From Chara braunii (Eukaryota; Plantae; Charophyceae), in contig BFEA01000030.1 of the NCBI GenBank assembly GCA_003427395.1, positions 2,223,722 through 2,287,721 on the forward strand: a stretch of 64,000 nucleotides of DNA, written 5' to 3'. Under the pieces are notes generated by a model. The model did no database searches. It was not told where the DNA came from and saw only the letters and a program-made list of their open reading frames with translations. The position numbers and the translations under genes were made by a program. Below, one piece after another: positions 63,948-64,000 of this stretch (positions are counted from its first letter, which is position 1; each line of letters begins with the position of its first letter).

Positions 63948-64000
<53 letters not shown>
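63948..64000. repeat. (CT)n microsatellite
   Basis: Direct reading. Confidence 0.95.

Overview
Repeat-dense eukaryotic DNA. The plant-type U6 snRNA sequence and the TE content suggest a green plant or streptophyte alga (Chara-like); this is inference. Positions 1-18.4 kb appear to hold small + strand exons of a host gene for a coiled-coil protein. The introns are packed with MITEs, tRNA-derived SINE heads, U6 pseudogenes and a 5'-truncated L1-like LINE. Positions 18439-57031 are a nested stack. A PIF/Harbinger-like element (25-bp TIRs, TAG TSD) is split by a ~21-kb degenerate Ty3/gypsy retrotransposon on the minus strand with ~3.9-kb LTRs. The 5' LTR of that element is split by a 7.7-kb non-coding TG..CA element and by an 8-kb hAT transposon. 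A full-length degenerate L1-like LINE follows at ~57.1-63.5 kb. Three signals stand out. (1) Upstream of gag, the gypsy element carries nine co-oriented accessory ORFs from two paralogue families, most joined by overlapping stop/start codons (mostly ATGA), like a polycistronic operon. (2) The 7.7-kb insertion carries a near full-length U6 snRNA look-alike with an altered ACAGAGA box, plus probable U2- and U5-like remnants. (3) Short TIR-bounded units lie in head-to-tail arrays that share palindromic TTAA junctions. Two Nextera mate-pair adapters and three N gaps are assembly artefacts. All alignments were done by eye, and snRNA comparisons use recalled consensus sequences.
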